The position numbers were made by a program, and so were the translations under genes. Positions 10,211-19,886 of a DNA stretch of 64,000 nt are shown piece after piece. Source of the stretch: Promethearchaeati archaeon (lineage in GTDB: Archaea; Asgardarchaeota; Heimdallarchaeia; Heimdallarchaeales; Heimdallarchaeaceae). The number at the start of each line of letters is the position of its first letter. Position 1 is the first letter of the stretch. The notes beneath the pieces are model-generated. The model ran no database searches and was not told where the DNA came from. It saw only the letters and a list, made by a program, of their open reading frames with translations. The stretch is taken from NCBI GenBank assembly GCA_013166775.1, contig JABLTJ010000003.1:96001-160000 (forward strand), in the 5' to 3' direction.

Positions 10211-11176
10211 ATGAGATCTAAACTTAGAGGAAAAGACTTCATAACTTTACGTGATTGGTCAAAAGAAGAAATTGATATTCTTCTAGAAGTTTCAGCTGAA
10301 ATTAAAGAGAAATTCAAGAAAGGAGAAGTAACTCCTTATCTTCCCTATCAAACAATGTTTCTAATGTTCTTTGAGCAATCAACCAGAACGAGAAACTCAA
10401 TGGAAGCAGGATTTGCTCAACTGGGTGGTCATGCTAATTTTCTAGATACTTCTACCATGCAAATTTCTCATGGTGAAGAAGCACGAGATACAGCTGCTAT
10501 CTTGTCTAGTTATGGTCATGCAATCGCTTGCAGAAATTGTTTCTGGGGAATAGGAAACAAATATCTCAATGATATGGCAAAACATTCCAAGGTTCCCATC
10601 ATGAATCTGCAGTGTGATCTATTCCACCCTATGCAAGGAATTGCAGATTTATTGACAATTACCGAACACAAAGGGAAAACTAAAAATCTCAAGGTTTCAA
10701 TCATCTGGGCTTATGCTACAAGTCATAAGAAACCTATCTCTGTTCCACTCACTCAAGCATTACTTTTCCCACGCTATGGAATGGATGTAACCTTAGCTTA
10801 TCCAGAAGGTTTTGAACTACCAGACTGGGTAATTGTAGAAGCAAAAGAGAATGCTGAGAAAAATGGTGGTTCCTTTAGAATCACTCTCGATATGAAGGAA
10901 GCTTATACTAACGCAGATATTGTTATTCCTAAGAACTGGGGTAGTTGGAGTGGTAAGAAGGGAGATATGGACTTAGAGCAATTCAAAGACTGGAAATGTA
11001 CAGAAGAGATGATAAAACTTGCTTCACCAGATGTAAAATACATGCATGCACTTCCAGCTGATAGAGGAAATGAAGTGGAAGATTCAGTCATAGATGGTCC
11101 TCATTCTATCGTTCTTGATGAAGCAGAAAATAGGCTCCATACTGCAAAAGCTGTAATGATTTTAACAATGGGCTAG
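10211..11176 (+). CDS. ygeW: YgeW-like knotted carbamoyltransferase (intact)
   Basis: STRTR, HPMQ, WAYATSHKKPISVP (YgeW-type loop), HALPADRG; 2 nt downstream of ygeY. Confidence 0.75.
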   Translation: MRSKLRGKDFITLRDWSKEEIDILLEVSAEIKEKFKKGEVTPYLPYQTMFLMFFEQSTRTRNSMEAGFAQLGGHANFLDTSTMQISHGEEARDTAAILSSYGHAIACRNCFWGIGNKYLNDMAKHSKVPIMNLQCDLFHPMQGIADLLTITEHKGKTKNLKVSIIWAYATSHKKPISVPLTQALLFPRYGMDVTLAYPEGFELPDWVIVEAKENAEKNGGSFRITLDMKEAYTNADIVIPKNWGSWSGKKGDMDLEQFKDWKCTEEMIKLASPDVKYMHALPADRGNEVEDSVIDGPHSIVLDEAENRLHTAKAVMILTMG

Positions 11177-11186
11177 AATAAAAGCT

Positions 11187-11516
11187 TTAGTGAGGCGAGG
11201 CGCTTTGAAATGAATCGAGCATTTTGAAGGTATCCTTGATAGATTCCATGTAAAAATCGCCTGCTCGGGTCATTTTAGCATCAGCAAATCCTGTTACCTT
11301 ATCACCTAATCGGAGCATAGCTGTTTCATGTGCTAAACGAGTCCTAGTGGAAGGTTGGTAAAAAGCTGTTACCAAGGTTTTCTCTTTCAGCAAGTCAACA
11401 TTTTTCCTGTTACGAGCAATCGGTTCCAATTTTTCTGCAACCTCAAATATTCGCTCAAATTCATGGCGTTCAAAATCTTTTAATGAAAGAATGTCACGCC
11501 CTTTAAAACTTCTCAT
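11187..11516 (-). pseudogene. Truncated aspartate-carbamoyltransferase-like gene (N-terminal third only)
   Basis: FYQPSTRTRLAHETAMLRLG...ESIKDT, then unrelated residues and a stop after 109 aa, abutting ygeW convergently. Confidence 0.8.
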
Positions 11517-11667
11517 AATTATTCTCCTTTAACTGAAAGTAAAATTTCTTCTAATCTAATTTTATAAAAGTTTCTTTCTGCAATATAAGATATGATTTTT
11601 CACTACTCCTGTTCAAAAAATACCAAAATGGATAACTTTTATTTATACTGTAGTTTATGGTCAAATC

Positions 11668-12999
11668 ATGAAAGACAATTTCATGTATGATTTAGGTCTT
11701 ATAAATGGTAAAGTCTATCAAGATGGAAAATTTGCAGATTTAGACATATACATCAAAGATCACATTATAGCAGAAATTGTTTCTCCAGGCAAAAACCCTC
11801 CTTGTGAAAAAATAGTAAGTTGTACAAATATGTTGATCTTGCCTGGATTTATTGATCCACATGTTCACATCAATCTTGATTTAGGTGAATTCAAATCGGC
11901 TGATGATTATGAGAGTGCTTCTAAAGCTGCAGCTTTTGGTGGTATAACCACTTTTATCGATTTTCTTGAACCAATTAATTCAGTAAATGAATTTGAAGCA
12001 GTGTTAAAGAAGAAACAAAAAGAAGCAAAAGAATCCTATGTTGATTTTGCTTTCCATACAACAGTTGGTAACTATAATGATGATGTAGACAAACTAATCA
12101 AGATTTCACGAGAAAATGGCATCCCCTCAATAAAACTATTCACTACATATTCCGAATCTAATCGCAAAATTTCTTATAGCAAACTTAGGGAGTTCTTGGA
12201 GCATTCCAGTAAATCAGATACACTAATTTTGGTTCATGCTGAAAACGATGAAATGATTCTAAACGCAGCTGTTGAAGATACAGTAGCTGATTATGAAAGT
12301 TCTAGACCAGCAATTGCTGAAATAGAAGAAGTAAAGAAAATAGCAAAGATAGCAGAAGAGCTAAAAGGACAACTCTATATTGTTCATATTACTTGTGGCT
12401 CTTCTATTGAGCATCTGGAGGAGGAATACAAGGAATTACTAGGTAAGAATATCTTCATTGAAAGTTGTCCTCAGTATTTCCACCTAACAAAAGAACTCTA
12501 TGAAAATGAAAATGGGAACCTATACCTTATAGCTCCACCATTACGTTCAATTGAAGAACAGAAGAAGCTTAAGGTTAATATCTCATCTATACATACAATT
12601 GGAACTGATCATTGTCCCTTTACTAAAGAAGAAAAAACGCGCTATGAAGAAGCAAGTAAAATCCCTAAAGGTTTAGGAAGTTTGGAATTCAGTTTTTCAC
12701 TTATGTATCATCTTTTTGGTAATGAAATCATAGATAAATTCTCTCTAAATCCTGCAAAGATTCACAATCTCTATCCAAAGAAAGGTATAATCCAAGTTGG
12801 TTCTGATGCTGATTTTGTTATTTTTGACCCTGTGAAGGTATTATATATAGATTCAGGAAATTCTAGAACTGACTATTCACCTTACGAAAATATGGTAACT
12901 AAAGGTATTGTTGAATCAACTATTTTAAGAGGAGAATTTCTTGTAAAAAAAAGAAAATTGGTTGGAGAAAAGAGGGGGAAATTTATTAATAGAAAATAG
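11668..12999 (+). CDS. Dihydropyrimidinase/D-hydantoinase (HyuA-like cyclic amidohydrolase)
   Basis: LPGFIDPHVH, AAFGGITT, SIKLF, VHAEN, IVHIT, ESCPQY, PPLR, GTDHCPF, GSDADFV. Confidence 0.85.
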   Translation: MKDNFMYDLGLINGKVYQDGKFADLDIYIKDHIIAEIVSPGKNPPCEKIVSCTNMLILPGFIDPHVHINLDLGEFKSADDYESASKAAAFGGITTFIDFLEPINSVNEFEAVLKKKQKEAKESYVDFAFHTTVGNYNDDVDKLIKISRENGIPSIKLFTTYSESNRKISYSKLREFLEHSSKSDTLILVHAENDEMILNAAVEDTVADYESSRPAIAEIEEVKKIAKIAEELKGQLYIVHITCGSSIEHLEEEYKELLGKNIFIESCPQYFHLTKELYENENGNLYLIAPPLRSIEEQKKLKVNISSIHTIGTDHCPFTKEEKTRYEEASKIPKGLGSLEFSFSLMYHLFGNEIIDKFSLNPAKIHNLYPKKGIIQVGSDADFVIFDPVKVLYIDSGNSRTDYSPYENMVTKGIVESTILRGEFLVKKRKLVGEKRGKFINRK

Positions 13000-13091
13000 A
13001 TTAATTACGATTTTTCCGTTCCATCCTCTTCCTAAGATTTAGAAGAACCGTCATAAAGACAATTGAAGGAAATAGCATCATAAAATTATAA

Positions 13092-13862
13092 TCTATTTTT
13101 TTTGGTATTTTACTTAATGGAAAAGGATCTGTAGAAACATATCCCTACTACCCATACAGCAGGTATTATTTTGGATCTAATGAATTATGGAATACTAGCT
13201 TTATTCCCGAAGGTTCAGTAGTAAAGATGTTCGTAGAAAACAATAATTTAGTTATAGGAACAACAACAGATTTGTATATTCTAGATTCACAAACTGGACT
13301 TCAGAAGAATAGAAAAACCTTTGATAAAGAAGCTAATTATTTTGCATCTTTAGATGAAGGAATATTAGTAGCTTACTGGGAAAATCTCCCTAATAATTCT
13401 AGTTATGTGTTCGAATATTATGATTATAACTGTAAAAGATTGTGGAAAGAAGAAATAGAAACAGAATTTGCATCACAATATTTAGCACTTATACAAACCA
13501 AAGGACTACATTTTGTTTATCAGAGAGTAGAAAGAGGTGAAGATAAGGAGTTGATGGATTATGGAGCATATGTATACAATAGTAAAGGAGTGCTCCAGAC
13601 TCAAATAATCTACGATTATTCAACACATGATTTTTATACGAAGGGCTGGTTCTATTATCTAGATATTATGCCTTCTTTAGATAATTCCGTCTATTTTATT
13701 ATGAAGAATGATACTGCGGAAAATCCGTACACTTTGAATAAATATACATATACTGAAGTAAAGGGAATCGATGGTTTTTCATTTATTTCTAGTATATTTT
13801 CAGGCATAATAGTAGTGATTATGGTTAAAAAGATTAAAAGAAAAGGAATCAGAGGTGATTAA
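13092..13862 (+). CDS. Surface protein with a C-terminal TM + basic tail, N-terminus apparently damaged (possible pseudogene)
   Basis: Frame open from 13092 (SIFFGILLNGKGS..., signal-peptide-like) after a TAA at 13089; first ATG only at 13227; ends GFSFISSIFSGIIVVIMVKKIKRK. Confidence 0.55.
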   Translation, partial: SIFFGILLNGKGSVETYPYYPYSRYYFGSNELWNTSFIPEGSVVKMFVENNNLVIGTTTDLYILDSQTGLQKNRKTFDKEANYFASLDEGILVAYWENLPNNSSYVFEYYDYNCKRLWKEEIETEFASQYLALIQTKGLHFVYQRVERGEDKELMDYGAYVYNSKGVLQTQIIYDYSTHDFYTKGWFYYLDIMPSLDNSVYFIMKNDTAENPYTLNKYTYTEVKGIDGFSFISSIFSGIIVVIMVKKIKRKGIRGD

Positions 13863-14588
13863 ATGAAAAAATATTTCTCTATTTACCTAATTTTACTTTG
13901 TTTTTGTGCTAATAGCATCTATAATTCAGCTCAAGGTACAAATTTTTATTTCTCTTCATATTTAGGTGTTGGTGATACGATCTCATGGTATGTTGATAAA
14001 TTTGTATATGAAGGGGAGAATGTCACAGAGCTTCTCCAAACGAATTTTCTAACCTTTTTACATGAATCAGAGATTAAAATAGAAGTTCTAACCGATCTAA
14101 CAGATTATAATTTAGGAGAACATTTTTTAGATTTTCTTGGAAATACTTCACTTTTCTTCGAATACCGAATTAATGATGAGATTTGTTATGATAATTCTTC
14201 AGTAGGTATGACCATATTATTCACCTTAATTCTACCTGGTGAATATAGAACAGGTTCTGATATTAACTTTGATATTATAGAATATTTTGAAACAGTAATT
14301 TCTGGTTTTACAGATTGTTCATACAGCTATAAGTCAGTAGATAAATTAATAGAAGTAACTAATTATTCTGGTGATGAAGTATACTATTTCAATAAGGATA
14401 CAGGGATTCTGGATAACCTTGAAATTATTCAACAAGGAATGGGTTTTGAATTAAAAGTTTCTGTACAAGAAATGAATTTATCTGGTATAAAAGAAACTAT
14501 ATTCTCAATTCTCTTGATTCCATTTATTCTCATAGCAGTAATTGCCTATGTTAAGAAAAAAAGGGGAAAGAAATTAGAATTAGTTTAA
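13863..14588 (+). CDS. Secreted/surface protein with a C-terminal TM + basic tail
   Basis: Signal peptide MKKYFSIYLILLCFCA; ends IFSILLIPFILIAVIAYVKKKRGKK. Confidence 0.8.
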   Translation: MKKYFSIYLILLCFCANSIYNSAQGTNFYFSSYLGVGDTISWYVDKFVYEGENVTELLQTNFLTFLHESEIKIEVLTDLTDYNLGEHFLDFLGNTSLFFEYRINDEICYDNSSVGMTILFTLILPGEYRTGSDINFDIIEYFETVISGFTDCSYSYKSVDKLIEVTNYSGDEVYYFNKDTGILDNLEIIQQGMGFELKVSVQEMNLSGIKETIFSILLIPFILIAVIAYVKKKRGKKLELV

Positions 14589-14654
14589 GTGAGTGCTAGA
14601 TTAATTTTATGAACCAATATCCCCCTCATAATAATTTCACTTTATATAAATTCT

Positions 14655-14794
14655 GAACCTTATAATGAGATGGAATTTATAGGTGAATTAGTTCAAGAGC
14701 GTTAAGATTAGAGTTTACTGAACAAGGAAAACCTGTAAAACTAGTTGTACTGAATGCAGAAGATGAAGAACTTGAGTTTAAATATATTGAGTAA
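14655..14794 (+). pseudogene. Diverged, frameshifted relic of the 3' end of the SagB-family gene at 16021-17070
   Basis: EPYNEMEFIGE/SSRALRLEFTEQGKPVKLVVLNAEDEELEFKYIE* versus DPYNETEFIGEFSSRALRFEFTEKGKPEKVIVLTTEDEIVELEYLE*. Confidence 0.85.
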
Positions 14795-15100
14795 TGCAAA
14801 AAAACAGTTGAGAGAAACGAGAAAATAGATGATTTGTGTTCTAAAATAGGAAGAAATCCAAAGACACTCAAACGTTCACTCTTAATATATGGAGAAAAAG
14901 CCTTAAACTTATTTGAACAAGAAGATAATTTCTCTAAGTATGTTGAGAAATATTCTGGAATAGGAATAGAGGAATTCATATTCTATTATTCAGGGAAAGA
15001 AAATATGCAAAAACACTTGAAAAAATTGCTAAGGAGATACTTCCAACTTTTCGATGATATTTTCCTAAAAAAACAAAATCGTAATGTAACAAAATCGTAA
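14795..15100 (+). pseudogene. C-terminal fragment of an LLM-class flavin-dependent oxidoreductase
   Basis: ERNEKIDDLCSKIGRNPKTLKRS...F..YVEKY..IGIEEFIFY resembles LLM C-termini; no N-terminal domain. Confidence 0.55.
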
Positions 15101-15104
15101 TGTA
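15073..15104. repeat. Perfect 16-bp tandem duplication ACAAAATCGTAATGTA x2
   Basis: Read directly: 15073-15088 equals 15089-15104. Confidence 0.9.
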
Positions 15105-15173
15105 TTAGATAATCACCAAAAAATCATACAAAAATTATATAAATCTCTCAGAGTTAAGTGAAAATAGAGGATT

Positions 15174-15923
15174 ATGAGAAACAAAATTAAGTATCTATTA
15201 TTCTTAATTCTTGCCTTGTCATTAACTTATAATTTTCAAACAGAAGCTTATAGTCCTTCTGATGTGAATTTTCATGAAAGTATACAAATTGGAGAAACTT
15301 TTCATTGGGAATTCACAAAATACATCGCTTCTGATGTACATTATCCAGATTTAAGTACTGAATATAAAAAAGGAGATATCATAAGGGCAGAAATAGTTGC
15401 AGAACCAGTATTCTCAATTTCTGCTTCATTGATTCCTCAACCTATAAAAGAAGATGGGTGGATTGAATATTCACTCAATGAAACAATTATAGATATATCA
15501 ACAGGAGTATTTACTACGATGGGAGTTTATCCATTTAGTTTCTTCTATCCTTTGAGTTATTATGATTCAGCTGAAGATTTGCAAGATTATTTCACTGAAT
15601 ACTTTGATTATTTTAATCAGTATTTTGTTAGTCAGAGTACAAGAGATAATGATTACTGGCAAAAACTTAGTGATGATTTCTATGAAAATAGATATACTAG
15701 AAGAGATGAAGATGGAAGAGGATATGTATATCTAAAAATCCATCTAGCAACTGGATTTTTATCGCAAGTTGAAGTTGAAAGACACTCTTCTGATAACGAA
15801 TATGATGTTCATTATATGCTTGAATCAGTAGAATATAGAGCAGTAAAATTTAATTTTTTAGTTACAGGATTTTCACTCTTATTACTCACTACAGTCATGT
15901 TAGCATTACGAAAGAGAAAGTAA
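15174..15923 (+). CDS. Secreted/surface protein with a C-terminal TM + basic tail
   Basis: Signal peptide; ends FNFLVTGFSLLLLTTVMLALRKRK; GAGG RBS-like upstream. Confidence 0.8.
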   Translation: MRNKIKYLLFLILALSLTYNFQTEAYSPSDVNFHESIQIGETFHWEFTKYIASDVHYPDLSTEYKKGDIIRAEIVAEPVFSISASLIPQPIKEDGWIEYSLNETIIDISTGVFTTMGVYPFSFFYPLSYYDSAEDLQDYFTEYFDYFNQYFVSQSTRDNDYWQKLSDDFYENRYTRRDEDGRGYVYLKIHLATGFLSQVEVERHSSDNEYDVHYMLESVEYRAVKFNFLVTGFSLLLLTTVMLALRKRK

Positions 15924-15948
15924 ATCCAAATAATGAAATAACAGTAAT

Positions 15949-15969
15949 ATATCAAATAATATTTGATAT
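15949..15969. promoter_or_regulatory. Perfect inverted repeat ATATCAAATA-A-TATTTGATAT, candidate operator
   Basis: 10-bp arms with a 1-nt spacer, about 50 nt upstream of the SagB-family start. Confidence 0.45.
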
Positions 15970-16020
15970 CAGTCTAAATTTATTGCAAATATTAATTAAT
16001 GCTCTTTGTTAATTCCAGTT

Positions 16021-17070
16021 ATGAATTCAAACAGAAAATTTCTGCGTTTTTTTGATTCTGAAGAATACGAAAAAGTAGTTCCAGAATCAGATGAACAAAA
16101 GAAGGTTGCTCCTCCACTATTCCAACAACCTTATCCTGAAGATGCAAAACTCATTGATTTGATTCCTCCTGAGAAGTTTACTATTGGAAAAACTCCTTTT
16201 CTTGACCTTGTAAACAGTAGGATAAGCAGAAGAAAATATACAGAAGAACCTATATTTCTAGAGGAGCTGTCATTCTTACTCTGGTGTACTCAAGGGATAA
16301 AGAAAATCTTAAAATCAAGATTAGGCGTTAAAAGAACTGTTCCTTCAGCTGGAGCTAAAAGTCCATTAGAAACCTATCTGGTTGTAAATAGAGTAGATGG
16401 ATTAGAACCAGGATTATATAGATATATCTCTTTTACTCACCAATTAATGTATATCAAACAAACTGATGATGCTGAAGAGAAGATAGGTGAATTAGCTTTC
16501 AATCAGAAATTTGTAGGAAGAGCTCCATTGATTTTCTGCTGGACTGCTGTTCCATATCGGACAGAATGGCGTTATACAATTCTTTCACATAAATTCATTG
16601 CTATTGACCTAGGTATTGTTAGTCAAAGTCTCTATATGGCTTGTGAGGCAATCAATTTGGGAACAGTTGCAATTGGTTATTATGAACAGAATAAAATGGA
16701 TGAATTATTTGAATTAGATTCAGATGAAGAATTTGTTGTCCTTCTTGCTCCAGTTGGAAAATATAAAGAAGAAAAGAAGCTATCTGAATTTTTCAAATAT
16801 CCTAAGAGGGAAATCACCCCAGAAGACCTAGCAAAATTAATAGGAAAATACAAACGAAAGAATGAAGTTGAATTCATTGTAAAAGATGATAATCTAGTAG
16901 TCAAAGTAGGGGAGTTTGAAGAAATTCTAGATCCATATAATGAAACAGAATTCATTGGAGAATTTAGCTCAAGAGCATTAAGATTCGAGTTTACAGAAAA
17001 AGGAAAACCTGAAAAAGTAATTGTATTAACTACAGAGGATGAAATAGTAGAATTGGAATATTTAGAATAA
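16021..17070 (+). CDS. SagB/ThcOx-family nitroreductase-like dehydrogenase with an extra C-terminal domain
   Basis: RISRRKY, LSFLLWCTQG, RTVPSAGAKSPLETY, RTEWRY; about 100-aa C-terminal extension. Confidence 0.85.
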   Translation: MNSNRKFLRFFDSEEYEKVVPESDEQKKVAPPLFQQPYPEDAKLIDLIPPEKFTIGKTPFLDLVNSRISRRKYTEEPIFLEELSFLLWCTQGIKKILKSRLGVKRTVPSAGAKSPLETYLVVNRVDGLEPGLYRYISFTHQLMYIKQTDDAEEKIGELAFNQKFVGRAPLIFCWTAVPYRTEWRYTILSHKFIAIDLGIVSQSLYMACEAINLGTVAIGYYEQNKMDELFELDSDEEFVVLLAPVGKYKEEKKLSEFFKYPKREITPEDLAKLIGKYKRKNEVEFIVKDDNLVVKVGEFEEILDPYNETEFIGEFSSRALRFEFTEKGKPEKVIVLTTEDEIVELEYLE

Positions 17071-17117
17071 AATAATGATTATAGAGATAGTTATGGCCTT
17101 ATTAAAGTTCAAAATGT

Positions 17118-18266
17118 ATGGAGAGCGATCAAATGAAATATGATGAATATAACATCAGTCAGAAAGAAATCAGATTATTAGAAGAATTAGAAGATCTAAT
17201 TGGAGATCCTTTGCCAATTGTTAAGAACATCAATTGGGATACATATGGTATTAAAATAGAAAATGGAAGGATTACTGGTTTAGGTCTATATTCAAAGAAT
17301 TTAACATTTCTTCCTGATAATTTCGGAGATTTAGTAAACCTTAGAGAATTATATCTTACAAATAATCAGTTGACATATCTTCCGAACAGCATAGGGAAAC
17401 TATCAAAACTAGAAATATTATGGATTATAGATAACCGTCTAATTACTTTTAATGAAAACATCTGTGATCTTACAAATCTTAGAATTTTGTGGATTACTGA
17501 ATGTTGGATTGGAAATCTTCCAGAATGTTTAGGGAATTTAAGAAATCTTAGAATCTTTAATTTTAATAACAATAAACCATTATCATCTCTACCGAAGAGT
17601 TTTGGTAATTTAATTAATCTTGAAGAACTTCATTTAAGAGGAAATAAATTTAGTTCTCTCCCAGATTTTATAGGTAATTTGCATCTTTTACGAAAAATTA
17701 ATCTTCAATGCAATAGAATTACTTCAATTCCTGAAAACATTTGTAATTTGAAGAATTTACAAGCTTTACATCTAGATGTTAATGAACTAACATCTTTACC
17801 AAAAGAAATTGGAAACCTTCAGAATTTGAAATTCCTTGATGCATATGGAAATAAGATTACATTTATCCCAGAAAGTATAGGAAAATTGAAAAATCTGATA
17901 AGATTGGATTTAGATGAAAACCTCTTAAAAGATATCCCTGATACTCTCTGTAATTTAATAAACTTAAAAGACTTAGGTCTTTCAGCGAATAAATTATCTT
18001 TTCTTCCTGATGATATTGGTCAATTAGAACAACTAAGGAAATTATCTTTAGGTCTGAATAAATTATTCAATCTTCCAGAGAGTTTTTGGAATCTACATAA
18101 CTTAGAATGGCTATCTATAAGAAATAACAAGCTAGAATTGTTGCCAGAAGAAATTCAGAATCTCAAGAAACTTCATACTCTTCGAATAGCTCGTAACCCA
18201 TTGAAATCTCATCCTAAATCTTTAAAGAATCTTAGGAATCAAGGATGTGATATTGATATAAGTTGA
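17118..18266 (+). CDS. Leucine-rich repeat protein
   Basis: About 13 tandem 23-aa LxxLPxxIGxLxxLxxLxLxxNx repeats. Confidence 0.92.
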   Translation: MESDQMKYDEYNISQKEIRLLEELEDLIGDPLPIVKNINWDTYGIKIENGRITGLGLYSKNLTFLPDNFGDLVNLRELYLTNNQLTYLPNSIGKLSKLEILWIIDNRLITFNENICDLTNLRILWITECWIGNLPECLGNLRNLRIFNFNNNKPLSSLPKSFGNLINLEELHLRGNKFSSLPDFIGNLHLLRKINLQCNRITSIPENICNLKNLQALHLDVNELTSLPKEIGNLQNLKFLDAYGNKITFIPESIGKLKNLIRLDLDENLLKDIPDTLCNLINLKDLGLSANKLSFLPDDIGQLEQLRKLSLGLNKLFNLPESFWNLHNLEWLSIRNNKLELLPEEIQNLKKLHTLRIARNPLKSHPKSLKNLRNQGCDIDIS

Positions 18267-18329
18267 ATTTAATTTAGATTGATAATCTCAAGAATTGCAA
18301 ATTCAAGACATGAAGCGTTTTTAACATGC

Positions 18330-18419
18330 TTAAAGTTTTATTACTATTCTAAAATCAGCTTTAAACTCCTTCAATAGATGATGCATTTCATTAATAGCTT
18401 CAGCTTCTAATGAATCAAT
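18330..18419 (-). pseudogene. Diverged relic of the 3' end of the Zn-ADH gene at 21695-22720
   Basis: Minus strand reads IDSLEAEAINEMHHLLKEFKADFRIVIKL* versus TVPLDADAINEIHHQLKEFKADFRTVIKP*. Confidence 0.88.
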
Positions 18420-18494
18420 TTATTAATAATTCATCTAGCTAGATTGAAGACTATTTTGTTAATTTGTTTTGAGCTTATTGAGTAAATGGTTAGA

Positions 18495-18554
18495 TTTATA
18501 AATAGTTATTTTTGTGAATAGTTAGAAAACTAACTATTATAGCTTTTTAGCTAT
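18495..18554 (+). promoter_or_regulatory. TATA box followed by two palindromic candidate operators
   Basis: TTTATAAA 18495-18502; AATAGTTAG-AAAA-CTAACTATT 18517-18538; ATAGCT-TTTT-AGCTAT 18539-18554; then GAGGT RBS-like. Confidence 0.6.
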
Positions 18555-18566
18555 GAGGTCTTTTGT

Positions 18567-19886
18567 ATGAAAATAGGGAAAGTAACTATGTTTGCGTTTA
18601 AAAACGCATTTAGAAGGAAAATTGTTGCCATCTTAGCCATTGTAGGTATAAGTGTAGCAATTACTATGCAAGTGACAATCAACACTTTTACAGCAGGAAT
18701 GGATGAAACATTTAACGATATTTTTGGCGAATTAGTTGGAACATTTCAGATTCAGGAGAAAGATTCACCATTCTCATATGCTTCTCAGCTTCCAGCTAAT
18801 ATTACTGAGACAATTATGAGTTTTGAAAACAAATCAGAAATAGCTGTAATAGCAACGGAACAGAATTTACCATCTACTGTAAACAATTATACATCGGAAT
18901 TAGGTTTAAATGAATTTGGTATTCCCATGTCCATAAATATTCGAGGGATAGAGGATTTGGAATCATTCAGTGGAGTGTACTCTGAATTAGAAGAATTGAC
19001 TGAAGGTTCTAGAGTATTCGAGTTTAATCAAAACGAGTGTATCATTCCATACTCTCTCTATGAAAACAATTCGGAATTATTCGATATTGGAAAAGAATTC
19101 TCAATAATGATTAATACTAGCTATACGTATGATTTAGAAATTGTGGGAATAACCTCTGCTGAAGTGGGGGGAATACAACAATCTATAATGGTTATGGGAT
19201 ATGATGTATATGTACCAATTAATGTAACTAACAATGTTCTTTATGAGCTTCTGAGAAATGATACAACAAATCATCTCATGCACTATGAGAGTAGAGGATT
19301 GGATAGCACACAGTATGGAATAGATAATCCAAATCTAGTAGCAATACGAACCTTGATAGACAACTCAAAAGATGTCAATAATTACATAGATGATTTGATA
19401 GCTTATTTAGAATCTCAATATCCTGGAGAAAAATTTTCAGCATTATCCTTAGCTTCAGCTCTTGAGACTATGGATGATTTAATGCAAACACAAGATATTG
19501 TAATCAGCATAGTAACAATTGTTGTTGTTATTTCCGGTAGCATGGGAGTAGTTATTGCTCAATTAGTTGGTGTCGAAGGCAGATCGAAGGAATTTGCTAT
19601 CTTAAAAGCTACAGGTTGGAAAGAAAGTCACATAATCTATTCGGTAATAATAGAAAGTGTTACTCTTGGTGTTTCTGGATCAATTGTAGGTATTATACTC
19701 TCTGCGTTAGCAATCAAAGGGATAGAATCTTTGATGACGATTGGTATGCCATTTGCTGCAGTAATAACTCCTGCTATTATCTTTACTGCAGTAGGAATAG
19801 CAATGGGAATAGGGATTTTAGGAGGACTTTATCCTGGAATAAAAGCAAGTTCTGTAAGACCAATGGAGGTCTTGCAAGGTAGTTAG
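18567..19886 (+). CDS. MacB/FtsX-family ABC transporter permease
   Basis: N-terminal TM, large extracytoplasmic domain, EGRSKEFAILKATGW, GGLYPGIKAS..RPMEVL. Confidence 0.88.
   Translation: MKIGKVTMFAFKNAFRRKIVAILAIVGISVAITMQVTINTFTAGMDETFNDIFGELVGTFQIQEKDSPFSYASQLPANITETIMSFENKSEIAVIATEQNLPSTVNNYTSELGLNEFGIPMSINIRGIEDLESFSGVYSELEELTEGSRVFEFNQNECIIPYSLYENNSELFDIGKEFSIMINTSYTYDLEIVGITSAEVGGIQQSIMVMGYDVYVPINVTNNVLYELLRNDTTNHLMHYESRGLDSTQYGIDNPNLVAIRTLIDNSKDVNNYIDDLIAYLESQYPGEKFSALSLASALETMDDLMQTQDIVISIVTIVVVISGSMGVVIAQLVGVEGRSKEFAILKATGWKESHIIYSVIIESVTLGVSGSIVGIILSALAIKGIESLMTIGMPFAAVITPAIIFTAVGIAMGIGILGGLYPGIKASSVRPMEVLQGS

Noticed and set aside
5881-11176. Arginine deiminase pathway (arcC + OTC)
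   Set aside because: No arcA; both transcarbamylases have the YgeW-type WAY...KP.SVP loop rather than OTC SMG motifs
14677-14979. 100-aa minus-strand ORF
   Set aside because: Antisense to the recognisable SagB and LLM relics on the plus strand
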